From assembly GCA_965112735.1 (NCBI GenBank), contig OZ218960.1, positions 2,914,001 through 2,978,000 on the forward strand: DNA of 64,000 nucleotides, given 5' to 3'. Shown in pieces: positions 36,701 to 55,880 of this stretch (within the stretch, counting starts at the first letter, position 1; every line of letters begins with the position of its first letter). The notes under the pieces were generated by a model. That model was not told where the DNA came from, did no database searches, and worked only from the letters and a program-made list of their open reading frames with translations. This DNA is from Phaeosaccion multiseriatum (Eukaryota > Protista > Ochrophyta, other classes). The position numbers and the translations under genes are program-made.

Positions 36701-37837
36701 CCGCCTCGCTATGCTTCTCTTACCTTCTACGCACTCCTGCCCCCTCGCTGTCTGTCTTTTTGTCTGTTTCCCTGTCCCTCTCTCTCTCTCTCGGTGTGTC
36801 TTTTCTCTTTCTCACACCTTCCTCCTCCTCTCTCTGTCTCACTCTCCACAGACCGCTTTGGGGGGTCTTCCGATCTACGCGGGTACTACGCAGCCACCGC
36901 TGCTCCTGCTGCTGTATCACCAACTGCCCCTGATGCTCAGAAAGTCGTGATTGCACCGGACCTGCTGGAAATGTCTGAGATTAACGACCGCTCTCCCCGA
37001 GCGCTCAGCGGCTACCGCGGCATCATCTTGATCCCTTACCAGGTGTGTCCTGACACCTCACACACGTTCTCTATCCTGACACCCTCTCTCTTTGTCCTGA
37101 CACCCTCTCTCTTTGTCCTGACACCCTGTCTCTCTGTCCTCACACCCTCTCTCTTTCTGTCCTGACACCCACTTAATCCGTCCTGACCCTCTCCTCTGTC
37201 CTGATACCCTGTTTCTCTTTCCTGACATCCCAATACCAATACCAGGTGTCAACCATCAGCCTGTTCGAGTACTATCGTCTCAACGTGCCCATCTTCGCGC
37301 CCTCCCTCGACCTCTTGTGCGAGTGGCACGAGGAGTACGGCATTCTGTGGGAGAGGATCTACGGCTGGCCAGAGCGGCAGGTGGGTGGGTGGATGCTGGG
37401 GCTTGGTGCTTTCGTCCTTGCTTGTTTAAGTAGCAGTAAGGAACACCGCTGTAGTACGGAGGTACTGAGCAGTGAGTGCTTGCTCGCGAATGCACCCTCG
37501 GGCCGGCGACTGACTGGTCCTGTTCTGACGCTCGAACAACCAACAGGTGAAGGTGATGGAAGAGCTGGGCATGCCGGTGCTGAAGAACGTTCCCGACCCA
37601 AATTCGGAGAGCCCCGAGGCCTTCCGCTACTGGGTGGGGTTGTCGGACTGGCTGCACCTACCGCACGTACTCCTCTTCGACAGCAGCCATCACTTGATGG
37701 AGCTCATCGAGCATACGGATCTGTGGGCAGTCAGTCGTTTGATGGCAGAGGAGAACGAGCGAGAGCGGCCGAGGCTGGTGGAGGCCTGGCGGGAGGTGTT
37801 TACAGGCTTAGGGTTGGGGATAGAGGGTGGAGGGTAG
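32691..37837 (+). CDS. Type II membrane glycosyltransferase-like protein, 7 exons (32691-33548, 33877-34296, 34524-34770, 34993-36639, 36852-37042, 37246-37380, 37547-37837)
   Basis: Short basic N-tail, signal-anchor (VLRVLLAVICLGLALVNLM) and stem. Then LWTVDFHAGP..VDVVICSHPAANCELF..TTRLEFGR..LANNRYDAMY..YRGIILIPYQVSTISLFEYYRLNVPIFAPS (GT-B-like). Splices are in phase. Confidence 0.72.
37046..37230. repeat. ~21-bp intronic minisatellite (TGTCCTGACACCCTCTCTCTT)n
   Basis: About 8 degenerate copies fill the intron. Confidence 0.8.
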
Positions 37838-38923
37838 AGGCGGCGTTTTATAAGATGGCAATGGATGGTATTGGTTGCTCAAATTTTGGTCTGCCATCTG
37901 GTGGGGGGAGTTCAGAAACACGGACATGGGGGCGAGGTGTAGAGGTTAAAGGTTTAATTTTGCTTATATTTTTGGTTCGTTGGAAGTACATGGGTGTAAG
38001 AGTAATACTTGGGTGAACGAACAGCTAATCGGTTTCGCCGCTAACTCTGAAGGATACAGGTTTTTTTTTTTTTTTTTTTTTTTTTCCCTCCCTTCCCTCT
38101 ACACACGCACCTCTGCTCTTGTCGCCGCTGCTGTTCCGGCTACAGCGTTGCCCCCATTGCAATGGCCGGACAAGATGATGGCTGCGAGTGGACGATGGGC
38201 CGAGAGCGTCATGAGCAAAGAGGGAGGCGAAGACAGTCGGTCGGCGCTGGAGGCGATGCAGGAGGAGGAGGGAACAGGCGTACCGGTGGACGAAGGAGAG
38301 GCCAAACAATCAGACGAAGGAGATAGAGGGCAAGAGGAGAACAACGACATGGCACTAGTCTCGGCGGGTGCCAATTCTCGAGCGGGCAGAGCGCTGAAGC
38401 GCCCCAGGAGGGAGGGGAAGAGGAGGGGGGAAAACGAGGGTCGCGTACGTAATAATGTCAAATAATTAACTTGCTTCCGACTTCTAAAGGTGGCAATGTG
38501 TTCGTAAGAGGCAGGGCTAAGACAGGGAGGCAAGTGCGGCGCCAGAAGTGGCAAGAAGAAAAAGGGGGGAAGTAAGGGTGTGTTTGTCTGCCGGTATTAC
38601 TCTTACCAATTTTGATTTTGTTGGGGAAACTCACGTGTTGTTCTCCAGAGACAGCCTGTGATCGCCCAACAGTCGCAATAAAAGGGGGGAGGGGGGGGGG
38701 GCTACAGTAACAAAAACAGGAGAAGCAGAAGAAGAAGCACCACCACTTCCACCAGCGCCTCCAGAAAAACAGGAGCAGTAGCAGCCACAGCAGGAAAAGA
38801 ATTTACCTCTCGGGAAAATCCCCCCAACGCTCTCTCGCTGCTCTGCTGGATGCCTTAGGCCCTGAAGGCTCATGATGTAGGCTGAAAGCAATCGCTTGAG
38901 CGAAATCTATTGGGGGACCCACG

Positions 38924-40288
38924 ATGGACAAGACGGAGTGGTTCTCCGCGCAAGAGCAGCAGGAGCGCGCCAGGCGGCACAGGCAACAGCAGCGGGAGGA
39001 GTGGCAACAGCAGCAGGAGAGGCTCGCGCAAGAAGGGGGGTTGGGGCAGCAGCACGCACCATATGTTCATCGCCAGAGTGCAGAAGTTGAGGAGCTCGAC
39101 TGGTCGAAGGTGGCGGCAGCAGCACAGGCGGCAGAGGCAACCGTAGCAGCGGCAGCAGCTGTGCAAGGTGTTGGAGCGCTGCTGTCTCCTCTTCGAAGAA
39201 ACTCGACTCCGTGGCGCCACCGCCGCTCCCCGAGCGCACCAACCCTGAAAGAGAAAGAAGAAGAAGGGGAGGGAAGAGAGACGGGTAGACACGTATGGTC
39301 ATCGGAGAGAGGAGAGGCAGATGGCAACGCATGGCCATCGCCCACTGAGAATGGCGCTGGTAAGTGCCGCAATTGCCCAAGGCGAAGGAAGCGCACGTGA
39401 GGCAAAGTGTCCATCCCATGTGGAAAGCTCCAGACTTCCGTCTCTCTCTCTCCCCATGTCTCTCTCTCAATCTCAGACGACGTGCTACTGCGCAGAGATA
39501 CTGTAATGCCCGCTCCAAGAGAAGAAGCACAGGCCCAGACACAAGCCCAAGCACAGGTCCAGCAGCTGAGGCGAGACCTCCGCGTAGAGGCCGTGCAGGC
39601 AGACCTTGTGGCCATGGCTAGGAGTCTCGAGCAGGCCCGGACACACAGAGCCGCTGCCGAGAAGGAGGGGCGGGACATGCAGGAAGCGCTCAACGATGTA
39701 AGTCAGTGAAACGTCATGAGCATGGCACCCACCCACCCACACGGATGCCCCACTGCCCTCTACTCCCATCTGCTGCCATCTCTCCCCCGCACACCCTCTC
39801 TCTATCCCCAAGGTGGTGCAAAAGAACGGAGAGCTGACGTGGAAGCTCAGAGAAGCAAGGGCGGAGGCGGCGGCAGGCAAGCGGCTGGTGGAGATGCATC
39901 TCATCAAGAAGAAGAACAGCATTGGTAGCAGCGATGGCAGTCTAAGCGGCGGGTTGAGTAGTCGAGAGTCTGAGTCAGATCGGGGCATGGAGCTACTGAG
40001 CACGCTCGAGGCTATGAAGGAGTTGTGGAAGGAGATGAGGAAGGAGTGGGAGGCTGACGTGCAGGTGAGTAAGTGCGCGCGTTTGTGTGTGTGTGTGTGT
40101 CTGTGGGCCAGAGAGGGCGGGGGGGGCTCCCTTCCTTCCTTGCATCCTTCATTCATTCCGTCTTTCCCTCCTCCCTCCCTCCCTCCCTCCCTCCCTCCCT
40201 CCCTTCCTTCCTTCCTTCCTTCCTTCCTTCCTTTCACCCCACCCCCCTCCATCTTACCCATTGTGCGTGCTTTGCGGTGTGATGTGGT

Positions 40289-40350
<62 letters not shown>

Positions 40351-42001
40351 CAGCAAGAGATTGCAGCAGCGGAGGCCAGAGCAGAAGCGAACGCAGAGGC
40401 CCGCATACACATTGTGGAGAGAGACCTTCGTGCCGCTCAGCTCAGTGAGGTGGCGAGGGCAGAGACTGAGGCCCGGGCGGCGATGGCTCTGCAGAGGAGG
40501 CGAAGTCAGGAGCTGCAGGCGGAGGCAGTGAGGCAGGCCCTGAGGGAGAGGGATGTGGCGGGGGAGGAGCTCATATCCTCGCTGAGGTGCGTTGCGGTGG
40601 ATTGCATTGGATTGTTAAAGGATGGAGGGAGAGACGAGGAATGGGGACTGGGGAGCGAGGAATGATGCGGAAGGAGAGAGGAGGAATGAATGAATGAATG
40701 GGGAAGGGGGGGGGGGTTATATCTTCTTTCAGGTGCGGCGCCCTCGTAGCAATGAATTAGAGAACGGAGGGAGGGAGGAGCGAGCAAGTGTGCGTGTACG
40801 CTTGTGAGGCTTGCTTGCGGTGTCTGTATGGGTACTTACTCCCTCCCTCCCTCCCTCCAAACCGAACACAGGAGCGACGAGGCGGAGCAGCAGGGGCAGT
40901 TGGTGATACAGCATGGGGTGGGGGAGATGAAAGATGCCATGCTGCTGAGTCTCAAGAAGGGGCTCGTACGCACTAGGCAGGCAGGGGCACTCAAGACTCT
41001 GAGCAGGGCGTGGACGACTCACAGAAGGCGGCATGTGGAACAGGCCTGGCGACGCTGGTTGGTGTACAACTCGTCGAGCTACGCCAACGTCATCACAGAG
41101 GTTTCTGTGTCGCAGAATCGCAAGACCGCGGCTGCGTGCCGCATTTTGGTGAGGGGGGGGGGGGTATGGGGGGTAGGAGGGAATATCATACATGCTGTCA
41201 ATGTTTGCTTGCTTCGTATAGTTGTCAGTGATGTCTCTCTCTCCCTCTCCTTCATACTCTCTGCCTCTCTCCTTGTGTGTGTGTGTGTCTGTTTGTGTTC
41301 GCGTGATGTCCTCTCCCTCCCCCCTCCTCTTCAGTCATCTCTACAAAGCACGCACCTGCGGGCCTTACAGCAGCAGCAGGCCTTCTCCCGCTGGAGGTGG
41401 GGCACCATTGCTTGTGACGAGGGCAGCGCCGCATATGGAGTGCGCAGAGCGGCTCGCCATTACGACAGACTGCTTGCTGCGGAGAGGCTACAGCGTCTGT
41501 CTCTTCGTAAGCGGGTGCGTGCGTGTACGTGCGTGTGCGTGCGTGCGCGCGTGTGTGTGTCTGCGTTTGTCTTTGCTTGTGTGGGTATGAGGTGTGTAGG
41601 TATGATATCGTGGTGTTCCACTTTCGGGTGGAGGCAATTTTTTTCAAAGGAGGGATGGCAGTCAAAGGCATCGTTTTCCTCCGATCTGTATACACCAGAC
41701 GCATACCTGCACACGGACGCCTGGAAACCTGAGACTGGGACTCTAAGACTGAGACACTCAAAAACTCAAACTGAACTAACTGAAACCCTCCCTCCGTCCG
41801 TCTCTCCCTCCTTCTCTCCAGAGCGACTCGATGCTGCGATGTCTTCTCCGATGGCGGGCGGGGGCGGAGGGGTGGACAGAGCGTGCCCGGTTGTTCGCAC
41901 AAGTGGGTCTCCTGCACGAACAGCTCAGCGTCGCCAAGAGCGAGGCCTGGAGCTTCAAGAGGAAGGTGCTGAGGGAGGTGGTGGAGCGGAGCATGGCCTG
42001 A
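38924..42001 (+). CDS. Coiled-coil protein with W-rich Sfi1-like motifs, about 7 exons
   Basis: In-phase exons 38924-39359, 39477-39697, 39813-40064, 40354-40586, 40872-41148, 41335-41514, 41822-42001. E/Q/R/A heptad-rich, with motifs LSRAWTTH, EQAWRRW, AFSRWRW, CLLRWR. 5' end uncertain. Confidence 0.6.
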
Positions 42002-42434
42002 CTGGTGTAACACTATAACCATGGGCCGTCGTCACAGATGGCGAATATGGCGTGGGAATGACACGTACTCGTAAGTATGTACGGCCTTGCTTTGCGTTTG
42101 TAGCGGCAATGCACGGCGATACACACGAATGTGATAATGTGATGGTTGCTCGTTATGTTGTGAGTAGTATTGTAGCACGCTCTCTTCATGGACTGCTCTC
42201 TTTAGTTCTGTCTGTCTGTGGTGAAGGACCTTGACATACAAACGATACGACTATCTTGTGCCTTCGTCGTGTGAAGCGGAGCCTCACACTCCCTTCCTCC
42301 TTTTCAAAGGATGTGGGTAACCAACGGGATGTCATCCGTTTCGCCTGTAGTCACTCATCAGCCGTCACTCGTCTGTCGCCTGTCGGACTCTGCCTCGTGT
42401 GGAAGTACCACATTTGTTCTTTATGTACATGCAC

Positions 42435-42629
42435 TTGGGATGGTCGGTAGGCCCAACCAACCCTTTGTTGGGATGGTCGGTAGGCCCAACCAACCCTTTG
42501 TTGGGATGGTCGGTAGGCCCAACCAATCCTTTGTTGGGATGGTCGGTAGGCCCAACCAACCCTTTGTTGGGCTGGTCGGTAGGCCCAACCAACCCTTTGT
42601 TGGGATGGTCGGTAGGCCCAACCAACCCT
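42435..42629. repeat. 33-bp minisatellite x~5.9 with internal dyad symmetry
   Basis: Unit TTGGGATGGTCGGTAGGCCCAACCAACCCTTTG, near-identical copies, no spacers. Confidence 0.93.
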
Positions 42630-42774
42630 CGCCACTCTACTCTCACGCTTCGCCTATGCAACACCACGGCATGCACGCTCAAGCAGAATGATGGTCACAG
42701 AGAAAGTATGAACATTATCACTCCAGCCAGCAGGCTTAGTGAGTGAGTGCGATAGAATGTAGCTATAGCTGGCA

Positions 42775-44271
42775 CTACACTGGCATCACCTTGCTGCTCT
42801 CCTTGCTGAAGAGAACATCGTTGTTGCTGGCTACTGCCACCCCCCCTCCCACCCCCGGGTCGTGAGAGGAGCTGACTCTCTCACCTGCCTCACCCACTTG
42901 TGCTCCTTCTGCTGCCGGAGTGCTGAGCCCTCCTCCTCGTCCTCCTCCTCCTCCTCCTCCTCCTCCTCCTCCTCCTCCTCCTCCTCCTCCTCCTCCTCCT
43001 CCTCCTCCTCCTCCTCCTCCTCCTCCTCCTCCTCCTCCTCCTCCTCCTCCTCCTCCTCCTCCTCCTCCTCCTCCTCCTCCTCCTCCTCCTCCTCCTCCTC
43101 CTCCTCCTCCTCCTCCTCCTCCTCCTCCCTCTCCTCCTCCTCCTCCTCCTCCTCCTCCTCCTCCTCCTTCTCTGCTCTCTTCTTTTGGCATCGCTTTTGG
43201 TGGGCCCGCCCAGCCGCCGAGCACATAAAGCATGACCATGTACCACACACATGGCCCCACGGTGTAGGGCAGCCAAAATAGAAGCATAGGGTACACCGTC
43301 TCCACCTTACAAGCCAAAGCGATGACCGCAAAGGCGTCAAATGTCAAGATGATAACCCCCGCGAAGACGAGGCCGTACTTGAACTTTTGATGCAGCACGT
43401 AGGCAGCATCCTCCTCCGTCTTCTCCCTACCACCGCGGAAGGCGAAGCTGAGGCTGCTCTTGATCAGGGTAAGCCTCGCCCCATCCATAGTGTGGTTGGG
43501 AAACTGCCTCGCCATGATGTTTTTACCATCGGCACTATGGTGAAGGGGCCTCCCATAATCCAGGCTACGGTTGGGGAAGAGCCTTGCAGTGTCCCTTCCA
43601 GTGTCCCCGCCCTCGGGGCTATTGTCCTGCTGCTTGAAGCTGTTGCAGCGCCTGCTGCTGGGACTCGCTGCGTTGCCTTGCTTCTTCTGCATCCTCCCTA
43701 TCAAATCTTCCGTGGTGGCGCAGGTCGTCGCCTCCGTCCCTATTTCAATGTTGCCGTCGGATGTCTGGGTCAGGTGGTCGTAAAAGCCACCAAAGTTGGT
43801 AGTAACATCACGCTCTCCTTCTTCCAGGGAGTCATCAAACCTCACCACCGCCCCACCCCCTCCTTTGTGTATGACATGGCTGCTGCGCTGTTGTGTAGCG
43901 CTGCTGCTGCAACCTTTGGTGGCGCTGGTGCTCAGAAAACCTTGTTCGTGAGTCTGTTCGGCCTTTGGCAGCAGCAATTTCAAGACATGAAGTAGCTCAA
44001 GGCCCGCGGGGATGATGTGAATGCTGTGCTGCAGGAGGTAGAGAAAGCCTAGGATGATGAAGGTACGTCCCAGCAATACGTTTCCCGTAAGGAGGACCAC
44101 AGGTGTGCAGGTGAAGAAGAGGAAGGAGATGAGCAGCCCGAGAACGACTTGGAGCTTTCGGCGGGAGAAGACGGCGACGGTGAGGGTGGCGATACGCCCC
44201 TTCTCAACGAGCTTCTGGGGAAGGGCCTGCATCCACACTTGCATCGAGAGCATGGTCCCTGGATAAAGGAG

Positions 44272-44306
<35 letters not shown>

Positions 44307-45367
44307 CGACAGAATCAAGAAAGGGAGGCAGGGAGGAAGGGAGGGAGGGAGTGGACGTCGGGGAGAGAGGGAGGGAGGGAGGGAAGGAGGGAAGGAGAGG
44401 TAGGGACATTACTTTGGAGTACGCCAAACACAGGCCGCCGACCGCCCCAGATAGGAGACTTTGCATGGCCGTGGTCACTGCTAACCTGGTCCGTGCAGCC
44501 AGTAAGTCACCGATAGCAGAGAGAGGTTCCATCGGTTGAGATGGAAGTCCGAACCATTCGCCATGGCGATCGTCGCTAAAGTGGAGAGGCATAAGCCCCA
44601 CTGCACGGAGCAGATCTGCAGCCCTCGCTGGTTCTGCATCTGCGTACTGAGCTTACTCCAACGCCAGCTCTGGCGTCGTGGACAGAGAGGAAGGAAGGGT
44701 TCGATTGGTTAGATACGAATTGCTCGATAGGACTGACACCAACAACAGATCTTGCTGAGTGCGTCAAGAGCATCTCAGCAACTTCCCAGGACCTCGCTCC
44801 CACAGCCCTTACCCATCCTCAACGACGCAAGTTGGCAGGAAGCGGAAGTACCAAGGGATGGTATCACCCCCCCCCGGTCCCCACCACTCACCGTCCTCTT
44901 CGCATGCCTCGCCATTGTCGAAACCGAGAAGATGAGCACGGACAAGGCCCAAAGGAGCACAAAGGTGTGGACCGTCCACACGGCAGCTCTTGGCACGCAG
45001 GCCGGGATACCGAAGATGTTTCTATCCGTGTACGAGGAACCGCACACACACGTGTGCACACCTGTCATATTGTTGGTCTCGCAGTAGCCCTCACCACCCC
45101 AGATTTTACTTCTATGGAGAGGAAAAGCAGCAGGTTACGGCAAGAAGGAAAGGTCGGAGTCGGAGGGTGAGAGGGAAGAGGCCGTGTCCTTCAAGGAGAC
45201 GCACATACACCCACCAGTGTTCCGCAGCCAGAGCACTTCTCGTAGTATATCAAAAGCACCGCAAAAGTGGAGGAGCTTCTTTCCCTCTACACACACGTAC
45301 GGCATCATATGGCTTACCGGCAATCCGAAGGTGTGCAGGCTCCAGACAGTCCCCCAGGGTGCCCCAT
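42775..45367 (-). CDS. EGF-like + seven-transmembrane (GPCR-like) protein, 4 exons (45367-45318, 45111-44892, 44669-44486, 44258-42775)
   Basis: Spliced N-terminus CTPSDCRSKIWGGEGYCETNNMTGVHTCVCGSSY..C has 6 Cys. Seven hydrophobic segments follow, with a long polar loop between TM5 and TM6 and a poly-Gly C-tail. Confidence 0.65.
42930..43168. repeat. (CCT)n/(GGA)n triplet expansion encoding ~75+ Gly
   Basis: Directly visible, in frame within the last exon of the 7TM gene. Confidence 0.95.
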
Positions 45368-45876
45368 GGTAAGAGGCTGGTGGAGCCAATAAGCTACCGC
45401 CTCATTATCCTATCAGCCTCAACCTCCTCGCGCTGCTCTTGCTCCTGGTGGTGGAGAGATATATACCCCTTCGGAGGTGAAACTTCTGAAACGGAAAAAG
45501 GGTAGGATACCTACGTCGCCTCCTGTGAGTGTGAAATCGACAGCTTTTTTTTTTTTTTTTTTTTCCCTCTCTCTCTCTCTTGTCTTGCTTTCGTCGTTTC
45601 CAGCCTCCCCCCTCTTCCTGTTCGATTCGGAGGGTTTGAAGCTGACCAATACCGCGTCGTGAAAGGGGAGGGCAATAGATGGTGTCATCTCATGCTCGTT
45701 GGGGGCACCATCTCGGACGTAGAGAATTCTATCCACCTTAGTCTCTAGACTGGCCGCCACCGTGCGCTTGCACGGCGGAAAGCTCAGGAGCGACGTCTCA
45801 AGGGCTAATAACTTGAAACTTTCATCGGGTAGCCCCACCCCATGGTCCCATGGTGCAATCCATAGACCCATGAGCA

Positions 45877-52343
<6,467 letters not shown>

Positions 52344-53534
52344 GAACCTTGGACTACGAGAGAGAGTCACTTTCTACGAGAGAGAGTGGTAAAGATGGAG
52401 GCAAAGAGGCAACGTGTGTGAGCGTTTCCCCGGATTCGAGAGATAGATAGCAGTTCCCTAACCTCCTTAGTCTTCAGGAAAAGCCACACGAGCTTCTTGG
52501 AAGCCTTCGTGAGAAGTGCTTGCTTTTTACTTTTCGTTCATTGCCGGCCGGCCCCGGCCGAGGCCCCGCTCACAGGCTGGCTTTTGCATCACCAACACGT
52601 GTACAATTCCGCCTTGTTTGTCTGTGCCTTCCAAAAAACTTTCCATCTCTTTCACCGCTGAAAGAGATGTGTGTGTGACTGGAAACTGCGGACAGGAGCC
52701 TAGAGATAGTGGGAGATGGAAGAGGAGGAGAGCAACAGAAGTGAGAAGGGGGTTTGTTGTTGTTTTTGTGATGTCCCCTATAACGGTGCGGTGGGAGTAC
52801 AACACATGGCATCAGCCCCCCTTCCTCTGCTGCTGCCACTGCATGAGCTCCACCTCCTTCCCAATAAACTTGCCTGGTGTGACTCTTCCAGGACACCAAC
52901 AACCTGTGCGCCATCCACGCCAAGCACGCTACCATTCGTGGGCCGCCGCATGAGGGAAGCGCGCTCGTAGAAAGCCTGACGTGAGCCTTCTCTCTCTCTC
53001 TTTCTCTCTGATACGCATAATGTCGACTCAGCCGCTGGCACCCGCCCTTCTCGCAGCCAGGATGACTAGCCCCAAAACAACAGCAGTACACACGTAAATG
53101 AAGGAGAAGGGACAACGCAAGGCAAAGTGAGGTCTTTTTGGGCGGGAGGGCTCTGATCTGTAGAGGGTGCCGAGAGAGCGAAGGACTTTGTTTCACCGAG
53201 ATACCATGATACCACTCGGACAACGGCTGAACGACTCCGATCACGACAACGACGACTGGATTTGTGGCGGAGGCCTGGACTGGATTGGTGGCGGCTCTGA
53301 TTCAGGAAGATGGAAATTGGGGACACCTCTCGATCTGGACGGACAGCAGGCGTATCACCTCTGCCTCCTTCTTAGCGCCGCTCTTGGTAGACTCGAGGTG
53401 AGGGCGAAGCGGGCAGAGTGGCAGGGCAGGCCCGTCTACACAAGGAGTAGCGGCAGGAAGGAGGGAATCGGCAACAGCCAAGACGCTCTACAAAAGCCGG
53501 CACCTCCGCATACTTCCCCACTACAATATATGTT

Positions 53535-53569
<35 letters not shown>

Positions 53570-54607
53570 AAAACGACGATGGAAAACAACTGGTACAGGC
53601 ATACCCATGAGCAAGGCAATTTGATACAGTATCGTACTTACTTATCGGCTGAAAATCTATTCGCATATTCTGTTCTGCTCGGCTGCGCTATGCCGCTCTA
53701 CTGTACCCTCCCAATTTATCTACTCCTCCCGCCCCTCCTTCTCCTCAACTCGATTGCGTAGCGTGGTAGCTGCTGGCCCAGTGGTGGGCCGGGCCGCTTC
53801 GAAGAGTAAGCGAGGGGACGCTTCGAGGCAAGCCTGCTGGCCAAAAGGCTCGGTACTGTGAGGAAAGATGGTGCGTAGCGGTACAGGGGACGGGTTCATC
53901 AGCAGTCGAAGTACCGCTCCAAGAAACGGGGTGGCTGGAGCAGAAGGCAGCACCTCAGCTCGCTGCAGGAATCGAGAAGAGGGAGGAAAATGCAGTGGGA
54001 GTCGAGGAGGACCGGCAGAGCGATGGTGTTGGCATAGATCAGCGAGCGTGGTCTTCCCATCGAGGCCCTCAAGCAGTGCAGCCGTCCTTCTCCGGAGCGA
54101 CGCAAGCAAGGTTTGGATGAGGGCGTGGCTGGGCAGTATCATGAACTGGAAGGAGGGGGGCGATGGAGATCCAAAACTAGCGTCGCTCCGGCCTCACTGA
54201 GGCCCAGCGGCACACCACTATTCGCTCAATGGTACCCGCGGAATCGCTTCGGGAGCTGGACTTCCCCCCACATGGAGCACGCTGTTCTTCCCCGTGCGCT
54301 CCCTCTCCCCGACACACGCGGCTGCCTCACTGCTACCCCGAGATCAGCAGCACACAAGCGATATACAAACAAAGCAGCAGGGTGGCCTGCTCGTGTGCCC
54401 CTCAGGCTTCCTTCTCAGCTCGGCATACGCAAACGTGAGTTTGAATTTCCTGGCCCCTGTTGCCCTTGGCAGTTGGGCTCTGTTCTTTGGCGCGAGAGTG
54501 CTTTTGTAACTCGCATTAAAAGCTTCCATGCTGTTAGCCGGGAGGGAGCTTGCTCAGCCTTCACAACCATTCCCACACAGCAGCACATCGCATCCGAGTC
54601 GATCATC

Positions 54608-55880
54608 ATGCGCGCTTTCCTCGCTACCCTCCTCCTGGCGTCATGCCTCGCCGCCCCAGGCCTCTCCCTCGAGCAGGCGGATGACCGTGAGCTCGCCGGG
54701 AGTAGCAGCAAGAGCAGCAGCGGCTCCTCCGGCAGCGGGAGCTACCCCGCGTACTTCCCGAAGGGTTTCAGCGGCTCCTCCGGGAGCAGGGGCGGCTCAT
54801 CGTCCTCATCCTCGGGCTCCTCCTCGGGATCGCATGGAGGCATCTACCCCGTCCACGGCGGCAAGCACCTGGACTATGACGATATCAAGCTCCACCCCCG
54901 CTGGATCAAGGATGACCACGGCAAGTGGCTCTACAAAGTCCCGGTAAGCAAGAGCACTGAAGAGTTTGGCCTTCTCCAGCAACGTTGATCAATCACTTCG
55001 CTCACAAAGTACTAACTAGTTCCTCGCCTGTCCCATGGCTCGACTTTTCAAGGAGCCCAAGTGGCACGAGGAGTACGTGTTTGAAGACCCGGACCACACT
55101 TGCACGGTGAGTGGGTGAGCATGAGCGAGCGAGCGAGCGAGTGTTAGAGACAGAGCATCCAGACTGCATTTGCACCGGCCTTGAGACTCAGCGACCCCTT
55201 CTGCGACCCCCCTCCCCCGCTTGCTCGCTCGCCAGCATTACTGCAAGCAGAAGGACTTCCCCATGTACGGCATGGACTACTGCCACAGCTACTTGCCCTA
55301 CTACAAGGACCACTGCATGGACTACTACCATCCCTACTACCACCCCTGGATCTTCTCAAAGGGCCCCCACGGATTCTCGTCCTCCGGCTCGTCCTCCAGC
55401 GTCGGCTCTTCCTCCTCGTCTTCGTCCTCCAGCGGCGACCATAACCGCGAGCTGTGCGGCACGGAGTGCTTCGCCGAGGAGGACAGCCCCGGGCGCCACC
55501 TGCTGACCGAAGAGGGCGAGGCCTTCCACCGCGAGACGGGCGAGTGCCCTCCTTGCCCCGCCCGCAAGCTCACCACCTCCTCCTCCTCCGGCGACTCCTC
55601 TGGGTCATCCTTCTCCTCGGGCTCCGGTTCAGGCTCCTTCTCTGGCCGCGGCTCGTCTTCTGGCAGCGGCTCGTCGTCCGGCTCGTCCAGCGGCAGCAGC
55701 CCCTTCTACCGCTACTGGGAGCCCAAGTGGCCCGAGAAGGAGAACATGTACTGCCACTTCTACTACTCCATCTGCGGCCAGACTGTGGCGTATCACCTCA
55801 GTGGTAGCTACGGCTCCTCCTCGTCCTCGTCCTCCGGCAGCAGCGGCAGCAGCAGCTCCTCCTCTGGCTCGTCCCACTAG
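54608..55880 (+). CDS. Secreted Ser/Gly-rich, His/Tyr/Cys-rich protein with RXL motifs, 3 exons (54608-54943, 55053-55106, 55236-55880), ~344 aa
   Basis: Signal peptide MRAFLATLLLASCLAAPGLS, in-phase GT-AG introns, strong C-ending codon bias, and REL/REL/RHL/RKL motifs. Confidence 0.8.

Noticed and set aside
38175-38465. Acidic ORF upstream of the coiled-coil gene
   Set aside because: No in-phase splice to the 38924 exon found and no homology recognised.
42435-42629. CRISPR array (33-bp palindromic repeats)
   Set aside because: Units are directly adjacent with no unique spacers, there are no cas genes, and the context is eukaryotic.
52516-54200. Several ORFs, e.g. 53167-53568 (+) and 53720-54142 (-)
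   Set aside because: I could not assemble a phase-consistent gene or recognise a family. A gene here cannot be excluded.
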